Shown here: positions 1 to 9,455 of the stretch, one piece after another
How the letters are laid out: each line of letters opens with the position of its first letter
Numbering within the stretch: position 1 is the first letter of the stretch
Notes under the pieces: model-generated
Database searches by the model: none
Seen by the model: the letters and a program-made list of their open reading frames with translations, nothing else
What the model was told of the DNA's origin: nothing
Program-made: the position numbers and the translations under genes
DNA from: Paraphysomonas bandaiensis
Lineage: Eukaryota > Protista > Chrysophyceae
Reading direction: 5' to 3'
Assembly: GCA_965644295.1 (NCBI GenBank)
Contig: CBFFRP010000007.1
Location: forward strand, 1 to 32,485
Length of the DNA stretch: 32,485 nucleotides

Positions 1-352
1 GAGAAATACGTACTTGGATCGGAAATACAACACTGATACTACAGATCAATCAAACACTCACGGATCCAGTTCGCCCGTTGTCCTCCGTTCAAACTACACT
101 ACAGGTAGGCAAAAGACAAGTCTCTTTGCAAATACTACAGAAATCGTTAGTGATAGAAAATTATGGTGTCTCCCTACAACACAATAATACTACAGCTGAT
201 CATGTTCTACTGTACACTCTCACTCGTATCCTACAGAGTCACACATGTACAATAACTGAAAACATAATCACTGTGACAAAAACGAATGTGCACGTTGACT
301 TTCATTTCCATCACTCGAAGACTTCTATACCGAATCATCATTTAGCTCTACG
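1..352 (-). repeat. 3' LTR (truncated by window edge)
   Basis: Direct repeat of 4743-5094, directly preceded on the minus strand by the PPT-like CACAGGGGTG. Confidence 0.9.
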
Positions 353-3300
353 CACCCCTGTGGCATGTGTATTGTTTCCCACGATACCACATGTCATAAA
401 CTTGTACAGAGTACCTTGGAGGGGCTTCGTCAATGCATCAGCCAGCATCATCTTTGTGGGTAAGTACTCCAATTGAATGCTTCCTTCATCTGCCCTTTCC
501 TTGATGAATTCACGCCTCACACGCAGGTATTTTGTACGATATTTGCCTCCGCCTTTCGTTACAAGAGATAGAGTCGAGGTATTGTCTTGCAACACTCGCG
601 GTGCGTCAATACTGTATCCTTGTTCCTTTATGAATTCTGCACATTGCACAATCATCATTAACATATCTGATAGACCTACCAACTCTGATTCCGTCGAGTC
701 ACGTGTCACAATGCGCTGTTTCGACGATTTGCAGAGTACTGTTGCATCCCCCACCTTTACGACCAGACCCGAATGACCCTTTCCATCGTCATGAGTCCCA
801 AATGCCGCATCGACGTATCCAGTAACGGTAAGATTCTTTCCAATGCACAGCAACAAGTCCTGCCCCTTAGTCGCGTTCAGGTAGCGGGTCACCCTGCCAA
901 GTTTCTCCATGTCAGCATGCGTCGGATTCTTGACTCTCGTGCTAAGGTAAGCGACTGCAAGCAGTATGTCTGGTCTAACCCTTTTGGCCAGGTACAGCAA
1001 CTGAGCCACCATCTTGTGAAACTTCCTTTTATCACTCTTACTAGTGTGTTTGTCCATGGTGTTCTTAAATAGAGTAGCTGTAGCAGGTGATGTAGCAGTT
1101 CCTGTCACTCCGTGTTCTCGTAGAAAATTCTCGATGTACGATCTCATGGACACTGTCACCTTATCTCCCTCTGCTCTAATGTGCATTCCGAGATATGACA
1201 GATCTTTCCCATCGTCGTGCTTTACATCCCCAAACTTCTCTTTCAGTTTCTTAAGCAACTCTAGGTAGTCGCCCTTATGGCTTGACATGACCAGTATGTC
1301 ATCCACGAATATCACCACTGTACACTTTCGCCCGCCAGCTACTTTGTTCATTACACATGGGTCGACCGCGTTGTGCTCGAATCCCAAACTTCTCAAATAT
1401 CCTGTAAGCGTGTCGTACCAGAGTTTTGCACTCTGGATGCACCCGTATAGCGCCTTGTCCAGCCGCACTAGTAGTTTACCAGTCTCATCAACATACGGTG
1501 ATACTTCAGGAGCCACTTTCTTCAATATCGTCGTTAACATTGGCTCTAATTCCATTATGACTTCTTCGCCAGACATCTCGGCGTTCAGGTAAGCGCCTCC
1601 TATATCCATGGTACCTATGTGACGTCCCTCTTTAGTAGCTATCGCCAGACACATCATAATCGACTGCATCGCTGCTGTTGGTGACGATGTGTCTACGTAC
1701 ACCTTCCTATCTTGTTGTGCTCCATTAGCTACCAGTCTTGCTTTTATCTTTTCGAAACGCCCTAATCCATCATACTTAGTCTTGAGAAACATCAGAGATC
1801 GAATAGCTCTCTTCAACTGTGTTGCCGATAAGTCCTTGCGGTGTACTGGACGCATAGCCTTCTTGTCATGCAAAAGTTGTTTCAGCTCCGATATGATAGC
1901 GTTATATGCCGGTGGACCATACTCACGCAATCCCTTCATCGCACTCGTGTGAAAGGCCCTGTACTCTACTGGTTTCGACTTCGCATCCGGCGACCTGTCG
2001 TTCTCAACGCCTGTCTCGTCACTGCTTGTAATGCTGCTGCCGGACTTTATAGTTGGGACATCGTCATCCAGCTCCTCATCAACAAGTTCTGGCACTTCAC
2101 CTTCATTATCACCGTCATCTCCTAGCGGGTCTCCGCTATGCTCTACATCAACCACAGTAGTAGATACATCCTCCACTATTGTTTCTGCAACTGGAGTCTG
2201 TTTAACGTCCTCTGGCGTACTCTCCTTCACGTCTTCGCCTTTCTGCTGCTCTTCCGCTTCTATCGACTGTAGGAGTGGGTTCGGAATCTGACTCTTCCCA
2301 GTCGTATCACCCATCTTCGCCATCTGATTCATCGCATCAATTATGAGCTGTGTTGTCTTCATTTTCACCCAGTGTGTCCTTCTCACTCGCTTGTGTGTCT
2401 TCACATTCATGAAAAGCCAGCTACCGTTGGCATTTCCAGTAGGGTACAATGCAATACACGGCTCAGTGCGACTTTGCTCGGCATCGTTGCTTCGCACCTT
2501 TGGGTTGTAGCACTCCACGTAGTCACCAAATGCTAGCTCTAGTTCCTTTCGGTAGTTAGGCTTCCTCCCAGTGAACGCTACTCGTGGCGCTACTATGGAT
2601 GTGCCTGTAGACGGCCTTCTGATATTTAGGCGACTGTTTGAGTACTTCACCAGATCTCTGACCATGTTATCAGGCAGTGACCAGGGTAATCCTGCCTGCA
2701 CAGATCTAATAGTCTCTTTCAGTCTCCGTATCTTGAGATCTACCTTGTCCATGTGATCCCCTGCTCCACACACATCCACTTCCACCCCTGTAATCTGTCC
2801 TCTGAGGGGTTGGAAACCAGGCTGCGGATCCAGATAGGCTACAGTTGGTGCGAAACCATGACTTCTTAGTAGAGATACTTGCTCCTGAAAAGCTAGACCT
2901 AGATCATCAGTCTTCTCACTAGCTACCGGAGATACAAGAGTCAACCCCAGTGGCTCGGACAGTGTTATCAGGAACGGTTGTTTTCTCACACTGAATATAT
3001 CGGTATACAAACGTTGCGGCTTGGGCTGATCTGCTTTGATTCCCACGTCCACGTACTGCCTACCGCTCTTACGTTTAGTGGTCTTCCCCCTAACCGCTTC
3101 ATAAGGCTTCCCGTATATGTCGAAAGCTCGCCTCACGTCTTGCGCCGTCAACGGCACGTCTGTTACATTTCCGTCGCTCACAAGGTTCATGGCTCCCTGC
3201 TCTGAGTCGAAACCCGCGTTCCGTACAAGTTCCAGCGCCCTCCGAGCTCTCACCACTTCGCTTTTAGTGTATTCTTGTTCTTTCATTCTTGTTGTCGTAA

Positions 3301-4726
3301 TATTTACCCTGCCTTGTGTCACCCAATCCCTCATATCAGCTATATACATTTTGTTCCGTCTGTAGAACACTAGCTCTCTATTAGGTAGACACACGGTGTA
3401 TGACACTCCTGGCTCGTACACAATAGGGTATAGATCTTCGACATCAGCTTGGCACAGCACACTGACTCGTAGGTTGTCGGCAGTTTTGCATGTGAAAAAT
3501 TGTGGCAGCTCTCCCACATTGGGCAATTCTACTGCGTGACCAGACAAGCCAGCTACTTTACACTTACGATCGGCAGGTCTCACATCTGTCAGTAGCCACG
3601 GGTGCACAACGGACACATCCGCCTGATTGTCTAGTAGAACTTCGTACCATTCGAAACACTCTCCTCCCGATGTGAACGCACTCTGCATAGTCACTGAGCA
3701 TTGTTTCTCCTCTGGTTCGACGTTCTCTTGACACTGGTTTAGCTTGTGTCCAGTCTTTCCACAACCCCAACATACAATAGGGCCTCTATGCTTTCGCACG
3801 CTCCCTTTCGACTCGTCGGTCCCATTCGACTTCGTCTTGTCATCAGCATCACCTGTGCGACGCTGTTGTTTAGTCGAGGTGTCCTTCCTGCTCACAAACG
3901 CAACACCACCATTAGGTTTCGCTCCTCTCTTCGGGGTGATATACTTCGAAGCTTTAGTGTAGATCTCGTTCACGTGCTTGGGTGGCTTCTGGGTACCCAT
4001 CATTAAGTCGTTCATAAAACTGGTCTTAAACTCCTCATATCTGGTGTCGTCCAGACCCCTGAAGAAGTCCATAGCTATATCTTCTTCTTCCATCTTCGGA
4101 TTCTCCATATCATTGTACGCTTCCAAAAGAAAATCGAAACGCTCCTTATAGGCCACGATACTCTCAAATGGACCCTGACGCACGTCTTGGTACTTCTTTC
4201 TCGTCTCTGCACGCATGATGGTCCCTACATTGGAGTTCGTCGCTGTTTTGTGAGTCTGCTTGATAGCAAGCCACAACAGTAGAGGGTCCTTGGAGGAGTT
4301 AATCTCTTCGTATTCCTCCAATTGCTTAATCGCGTCCACGGACTCGTTGCTCAGTCTGTCATACATGAACGCATAGAAAGCTGATCTGTTGTCACGCATT
4401 TGGTCAATCTTCCTTTGGCGTGTCTTCCTCGCATCCTTAAGTTCTTCCAGGTTCAGACCGTGGGGGTCATTATCAAGATCGTAGTCCTCGATCTTTATCT
4501 TGGGTGGTTCATAATACTCATCGGTCTCCACGAGCCTCGCTAGGTCTCCAAATAGCATCATGGCGGCCACTGTGAGCTTCTGCTTAAATACCGCCAGGTT
4601 GGTGTTCGTCCCATACTTCAGAATCGGCACCGTTGGGGTCAATGCCTCTGCCCCTTGGCCCCTGGACCGCTGGTCCAACGCCTTGTTCCTAAACTTCTTG
4701 AGCTTCTCGTTGCTCGACTTCTTCAT
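338..4726 (-). CDS. gag-pol: Gag-Pol polyprotein (Gag CCHC knuckle, aspartic protease, integrase, reverse transcriptase, RNase H)
   Basis: Zinc knuckle CWGCGKTGHKLNQC (3731-3772); protease VLLDNQADVS (Asp codon 3629-3631); integrase core LYTDIF...YLDPQPGF; RT motifs KIKARLVANG, MDIGGAYLNA, KALYGCIQSAKLWY and FVDD (1298-1309); RNase H GYVDAAF...STESE...QDN...ADALTKPL. No stop or frameshift. Confidence 0.97.
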   Translation of the reverse strand: MKKSSNEKLKKFRNKALDQRSRGQGAEALTPTVPILKYGTNTNLAVFKQKLTVAAMMLFGDLARLVETDEYYEPPKIKIEDYDLDNDPHGLNLEELKDARKTRQRKIDQMRDNRSAFYAFMYDRLSNESVDAIKQLEEYEEINSSKDPLLLWLAIKQTHKTATNSNVGTIMRAETRKKYQDVRQGPFESIVAYKERFDFLLEAYNDMENPKMEEEDIAMDFFRGLDDTRYEEFKTSFMNDLMMGTQKPPKHVNEIYTKASKYITPKRGAKPNGGVAFVSRKDTSTKQQRRTGDADDKTKSNGTDESKGSVRKHRGPIVCWGCGKTGHKLNQCQENVEPEEKQCSVTMQSAFTSGGECFEWYEVLLDNQADVSVVHPWLLTDVRPADRKCKVAGLSGHAVELPNVGELPQFFTCKTADNLRVSVLCQADVEDLYPIVYEPGVSYTVCLPNRELVFYRRNKMYIADMRDWVTQGRVNITTTRMKEQEYTKSEVVRARRALELVRNAGFDSEQGAMNLVSDGNVTDVPLTAQDVRRAFDIYGKPYEAVRGKTTKRKSGRQYVDVGIKADQPKPQRLYTDIFSVRKQPFLITLSEPLGLTLVSPVASEKTDDLGLAFQEQVSLLRSHGFAPTVAYLDPQPGFQPLRGQITGVEVDVCGAGDHMDKVDLKIRRLKETIRSVQAGLPWSLPDNMVRDLVKYSNSRLNIRRPSTGTSIVAPRVAFTGRKPNYRKELELAFGDYVECYNPKVRSNDAEQSRTEPCIALYPTGNANGSWLFMNVKTHKRVRRTHWVKMKTTQLIIDAMNQMAKMGDTTGKSQIPNPLLQSIEAEEQQKGEDVKESTPEDVKQTPVAETIVEDVSTTVVDVEHSGDPLGDDGDNEGEVPELVDEELDDDVPTIKSGSSITSSDETGVENDRSPDAKSKPVEYRAFHTSAMKGLREYGPPAYNAIISELKQLLHDKKAMRPVHRKDLSATQLKRAIRSLMFLKTKYDGLGRFEKIKARLVANGAQQDRKVYVDTSSPTAAMQSIMMCLAIATKEGRHIGTMDIGGAYLNAEMSGEEVIMELEPMLTTILKKVAPEVSPYVDETGKLLVRLDKALYGCIQSAKLWYDTLTGYLRSLGFEHNAVDPCVMNKVAGGRKCTVVIFVDDILVMSSHKGDYLELLKKLKEKFGDVKHDDGKDLSYLGMHIRAEGDKVTVSMRSYIENFLREHGVTGTATSPATATLFKNTMDKHTSKSDKRKFHKMVAQLLYLAKRVRPDILLAVAYLSTRVKNPTHADMEKLGRVTRYLNATKGQDLLLCIGKNLTVTGYVDAAFGTHDDGKGHSGLVVKVGDATVLCKSSKQRIVTRDSTESELVGLSDMLMMIVQCAEFIKEQGYSIDAPRVLQDNTSTLSLVTKGGGKYRTKYLRVRREFIKERADEGSIQLEYLPTKMMLADALTKPLQGTLYKFMTCGIVGNNTHATGVRRAK
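353..362 (-). promoter_or_regulatory. Polypurine tract (plus-strand priming site)
   Basis: Minus strand CACAGGGGTG abuts the 3' LTR; it lies within the last codons of pol. Confidence 0.7.
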
Positions 4727-4739
4727 AATTTTCTATCAC
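4724..4739 (-). promoter_or_regulatory. Putative self-complementary primer binding site overlapping the gag ATG
   Basis: Minus strand (G)TGATAGAAAATTATG at the inner end of the 5' LTR is the exact reverse complement of LTR positions 4892-4907. There is no TGG tRNA-type PBS between LTR and ATG. Confidence 0.65.
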
Positions 4740-5094
4740 GTAGAGAAATACGTACTTGGATCGGAAATACAACACTGATACTACAGATCAATCAAACACT
4801 CACGGATCCAGTTCGCCCGTTGTCCTCCGTTCAAACTACACTACAGGTAGGCAAAAGACAAGTCTCTTTGCAAATACTACAGAAATCGTTAGTGATAGAA
4901 AATTATGGTGTCTCCCTACAACACAATAATACTACAGCTGATCATGTTCTACTGTACACTCTCACTCGTATCCTACAGAGTCACACATGTACAATAACTG
5001 AAAACATAATCACTGTGACAAAAACGAATGTGCACGTTGACTTTCATTTCCATCACTCGAAGACTTCTATACCGAATCATCATTTAGCTCTACG
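4739..5094 (-). repeat. 5' LTR (~356 bp)
   Basis: Matches 1-352 with no differences seen by eye (offset 4742). Bounded by 7-bp inverted termini cgtagag (4739-4745) and ctctacg (5088-5094). The outer end could alternatively be 5101. Confidence 0.9.
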
Positions 5095-8091
5095 CTACGC
5101 ACATCAGCAGCACAAATTGCGACTGTGGACAAAAATACTACAAACGTATAGCAGTATTCACCAACACTGCTGTAGCAATCCCAACTACGCTATTGTACAG
5201 CGGTAATTATACGGCAGACTGCAGAAGATACGTATTCTGTATTCTGTATTCTGCATCTAGATCTTGATTGATACAGTCACACCCCAAAACTCGACGAGTA
5301 GAACGCAGTGGAACAAAGAGGAAAAGTCTAGAAGTATACCGTGAGAGACTCAAACCTGCGCAGGATGATTATCATTCTCCAACAGGGGTTTGGGGATTTC
5401 TGCAGTGCGGAATACTTACGCAAACACTGTTTTCAAGTTTTGCAAGACTAAAGAGTCAAGTCGATGATCAGATGAGACACTGCACTGACACTTGCTATCT
5501 CACAGGTTTCGACAATGATGAAGGGCACTCAGATAGATCCTCGAGGACCGTAAGCATAGCACACTTGCAAATACACATAGCTAAAAAGTGTATATTGTCA
5601 TGCAAGTTTTATTGTGGCGTGATATGTTGTTGACTGGTGGTATTCATGGAACAACTAACGTAGTACTACATCTATTGTAACTACTAAATTTTTCTCGGAA
5701 CTCAAATTGGGTAGTTTTAATATGCTGGAGCTCTTTCTCCAATTATTTCAAGAGCAAATTCTCGGAGCATATTACATCCTTGTCGGGCAGTTGTTTGACG
5801 ATACGCCAAAAATTGCCTTGAACTCAACTACATGAGGCGACTATGTAGGCTTGATGTAGCCCGCATGAAGAAAACTGCACTTCACGAGAAAATAATACTG
5901 CGGCCTATGCTCCAAGAAACTGTTGTATGTGGAATATAATCGCCTGGTTGTGTGTAGATTTTTCATTGCATTTTCCAGTAGTCAAGAATCTGACATCCTT
6001 CGAAACGACGTCAGAAATATATTTCTTAGTGGCCGTGTAATTTATTTTGTAGATTGCAGTCTTCATTTGACGTTTCACTTTGCTGTTTGAAACCAAAGGG
6101 TGGAGCCTATGAATACCACTTTTCTGGAAGGCCGGTATTGCTCCGACTCCTGATGACCGAATCCAATTTCCTTGGGGATGTCATTGCAATGGACTGCAAC
6201 CACACCTAGCAAACGCCACGGCGTTTTAGGAATCCTCGCCCAGCTGGAATGGAAAACTATTCGCTGGGGATTCACGCATAATGCCTGACTGTGTAATCAT
6301 GACTACCTTAGCCCTGTTCTAACCAGTGTTCCAATATTGGAACCCGTGAATGTAAAATTGATGTACGGTCATTGCTCAATTTCCGCGTACGGTTGCAAAC
6401 CAACACAATAAAAGTTTGATATGATACTGTGCAAAGCCTCCCAAACCACATACATGGACACAGTCAGATATATCACTTGCACCAATGCAAAACACACCAC
6501 CGTTCCAGTCCTTCGACAGGTACAAAAGAAGTTATCCTCTTCCTCACTCTTCCACTCCCGAAAAATGGCATCAGGCGGTAGAAGTAGATAATTCCCATTG
6601 GATATCTCTGCATCGAGTGTTATTGGCATAATATATATATGTTAATTCCTGAGAGCTCTCTCCGAATACCTCTTATTGATAAGTCCGTATCTTTTTTACG
6701 AAATCCCGAAGGACATAAATATTGTCTATAATGGTGGGCTCTACTTGAGCATGAAATTGATGGGGTGTGGCAGTGAATTATTCTAAAACATCGAAACTGT
6801 GCTGTGATCTCCTTTATTACTGTACAGAATGATACAGAACAGAAGCTAGCTTCCTGATGTTTTTCTGCAATGCACGTACCTTCACAAACCAATGAGGTTA
6901 TCATAAGATAAGATGTGCACTTGATTCCCAATAATTGATACCTTGTAGGTCAATTCGACAGACACAATCCCGTTTCCTTGAATAAGTATGAAATATCAAT
7001 ATCGCTGTGTGACCCATGCAGCTAAACAATCTGTTATAACCAGTATATTGATAGTCTTTTTAATAGCAATAGGCATTAAGAATCAGCACCAGCTTAGTAG
7101 CTAGATGAAAACTAGTCAAGCTAGATAGACGTCTACATGTAACTAGCTATACAAACTCTATTATCCAACTATTTAACGCTACGAAAGCTGCTTGTGCGTC
7201 ACCGCAAGTTCCAATATGCAACCACTTTCGCTTTATCACTCAAAGCAAACGCAGTGAGCGAGCAGAATGTTGATATACCTGACATCTGCTGAGTTCAAGA
7301 TTTTTGAGTCCTTAAGGTGAACATCCCGGATGCTTGATTTCAGCAGGCTGCGCAATGCCCCGGATGCCCTTGAGGTGGGCCCATTTTCGGATGCCTGTTT
7401 ATTCGTCAAGGCCCAAAGACGTCTACACAAGTGACACTTATTGGTGTCCCTTGTACCACACAAGCGTTTGGCTATGAGCTATGAGAGGGCTGAACAATAT
7501 CTGCTGTCTATGTGTTAGTTTCCCGGTCTCCGGTACTTATCCCCTAAAACACTACAAAAAGGTGCGAGTCCGACTTTGTTGAGTTGTACATATTTCATGC
7601 TTGAAAGGAGAAATGATACAAATATTATGAATATCGACTCTATGAATCAAGATCTACTGAATACTGAATAACATGGCAATTTTATGATAGTTCTGGTATC
7701 TCACTCTAATACATAGTTCCTTCGTCCTGCTGCAGTCCACTAGCAATCGTTCAATTCTTCTAAAACTCTTTTAAATATTTGTTTAAAGTTTACAGGCATC
7801 ATGAATCTTACATACTGGAAAAAATGGGAGGATGTGGTGATGACTGCTCCGAAGGGGTTATTTATGCAGTGTGGGCTTTTTATTCAACTCATAGCAATGA
7901 TAATAGGTTAGATCATAAAAGACAGAGAACACGTCGACTGCGTAGAAAATCCACAGCTCAGGAGCTTTAAAGACAATACGTACAACAAATAAGTAATCTA
8001 CAACATTGATGAATTATATATTTAACATCGCGTATGTGCTGCCGCAAAAATCATTCCAAGCGCACAAAGGCAAGATATATGAATGGAGTGG

Positions 8092-8977
8092 CTATCCTTC
8101 GGAATGCTTGAGTTCTTCCATACGCTGTTGAATAGGCATATCAGGACCATCAAAATTCCCACTTGATATCTCAATCCTTTCCCGCATCTTTTCCAGCGTT
8201 TCCTACATCATGTGATTATACATATTCCGGACAATAGGCTCTGATCAATTTACCCGAAGCATCTCTCCGAATTCTTCAGACATATCATCCATTTTCGCCT
8301 TCAACTCCGCAATCTCATCATCCTGCGAGCATGATTGATCACTTCACCCATATAAGTTACATAATTATATTTATGTACCTTAAGTTGTATAATAGCATTT
8401 TTTTCTTTCAAAATTTTTTCATGTTTAATATCACCCTCCGCTACACAAATTAAAACAACCAAGCTACAAATGAAATACCAAACCTAGTTGATCGTTGAGG
8501 TCTTGTATAGTCTCTTCGAGCTTATTGATCTAATGGAAACAGAAGTCTGTCAATTTTTTCAAGGTATTGGCAATAGCATACCCTGCTGAGCAATTCCTCC
8601 TGCATTCCTTTGTACTGCCTTGTCATATCTTGTCTCATTTCAAAAGTTTGTTCTTGTTCAGCCTCAAAGTCACGTGTAATTTGCTCTACCCGAGTTTGTA
8701 GTTCGCGTTTAGCTGCAAGGGCCCTACTCGCATCTTCCGTGCGTTCAGCTACACCAATTTGAGATCAATCGGAAAATGCTTCACAACTTTGATTTACCTA
8801 ATTGCACCTGAAGCGACTGACATGTGAGCATATACATCTTTGCTTTTGTCTCTGCGTCCTATAAATTCATAGCAAGATGGTTAGCGCGCTTCAATGGTAT
8901 TAAGTATCTCGAACCATTTCACCACCATTTTCGGGATTTTTGGATTCTTTCTTCTTGGCTGCTTTCTTTGGTGGCAT
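8092..8977 (-). CDS. DRC12: Dynein regulatory complex protein 12 / CCDC153 homolog (7 exons)
   Basis: Manual splicing across six GT-AG introns gives MPPKKAAKKKESK...ERTEDASRALAAKRELQTRVEQ...DMTRQYKGMQEELLSRINKLEE...DDEIAELKAKMDDMSEEFGEMLRETLEKMRERIE..., colinear with CCDC153 as recalled (MPPK..., EMSRQ, DMEAKYEEILHDSLDRL). Not captured by the ORF track. Confidence 0.85.
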
Positions 8978-9455
8978 TGATAACGTTGAATTTGTTTATG
9001 ATGATTTCGCTGTTAAGTGTCCCAGAGAATGGAATGGATTGTTTGTATACTTTATTTCTAAAAGCAAAAAGACTGCCTCTGATAACGTACATGTACATGC
9101 AGATCACAACATCCACCCTTCACAAAAATATTGAAACGACACAGTTACACAGCAGTAGGAGTACGGTATACGGTATATACAGCTGTACTCCTCTGTATAT
9201 GGACATAATTCACTATATATGCACGCTGTGAAACTGACCGATTGTGTATACCTATACGGGGTATACCGTATACCGGTATACATCCATCTACGACTTGACA
9301 CATTCTCACACACACACATAGAGTCCAGTCCAGTCCAGTGTTTAACAGGCACTTCTTCGTTAGAACTGCTATTTTCGCGCCAGTGGTTAATATTTTCGTC
9401 TTTGTACTGTGTCCCATATAAGAACAGGCCCGGAGTGTACCCCGGATACTCTATT
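8978..9455. promoter_or_regulatory. Bidirectional promoter region with GTATAC/TACCGTA motif cluster
   Basis: Between two divergent start codons; dense gtacggtatacggtatatac (9161-9180) and gtatacctatacggggtataccgtataccggtatac (~9246-9281). Confidence 0.6.

Larger units (their letters stand above)
1..5094 (-). mobile_element. Full-length Ty1/copia (Pseudoviridae) LTR retrotransposon, probably related to stramenopile CoDi-like lineages; the last ~4 nt of the 3' LTR fall just outside the window
   Basis: Direct repeats 1-353 and 4743-5095 flank one uninterrupted 1462-aa ORF with copia domain order Gag-PR-IN-RT-RNaseH. The CoDi-like assignment is from recalled motif resemblance (LLDNQ protease, HHCC-less integrase N-terminus). 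Confidence 0.97.

Noticed and set aside
78-5206. Plus-strand ORFs in the LTRs and antisense to gag-pol (e.g. 78-476, 4655-5206)
   Set aside because: Mostly non-ATG starts, no recognisable domains; shadows of the retroelement.
9219-9455. N-terminal extension of the 321-aa ORF upstream of the ATG at 9456
   Set aside because: It runs through the motif-rich promoter and has atypical composition; the downstream ATG is the more plausible start.
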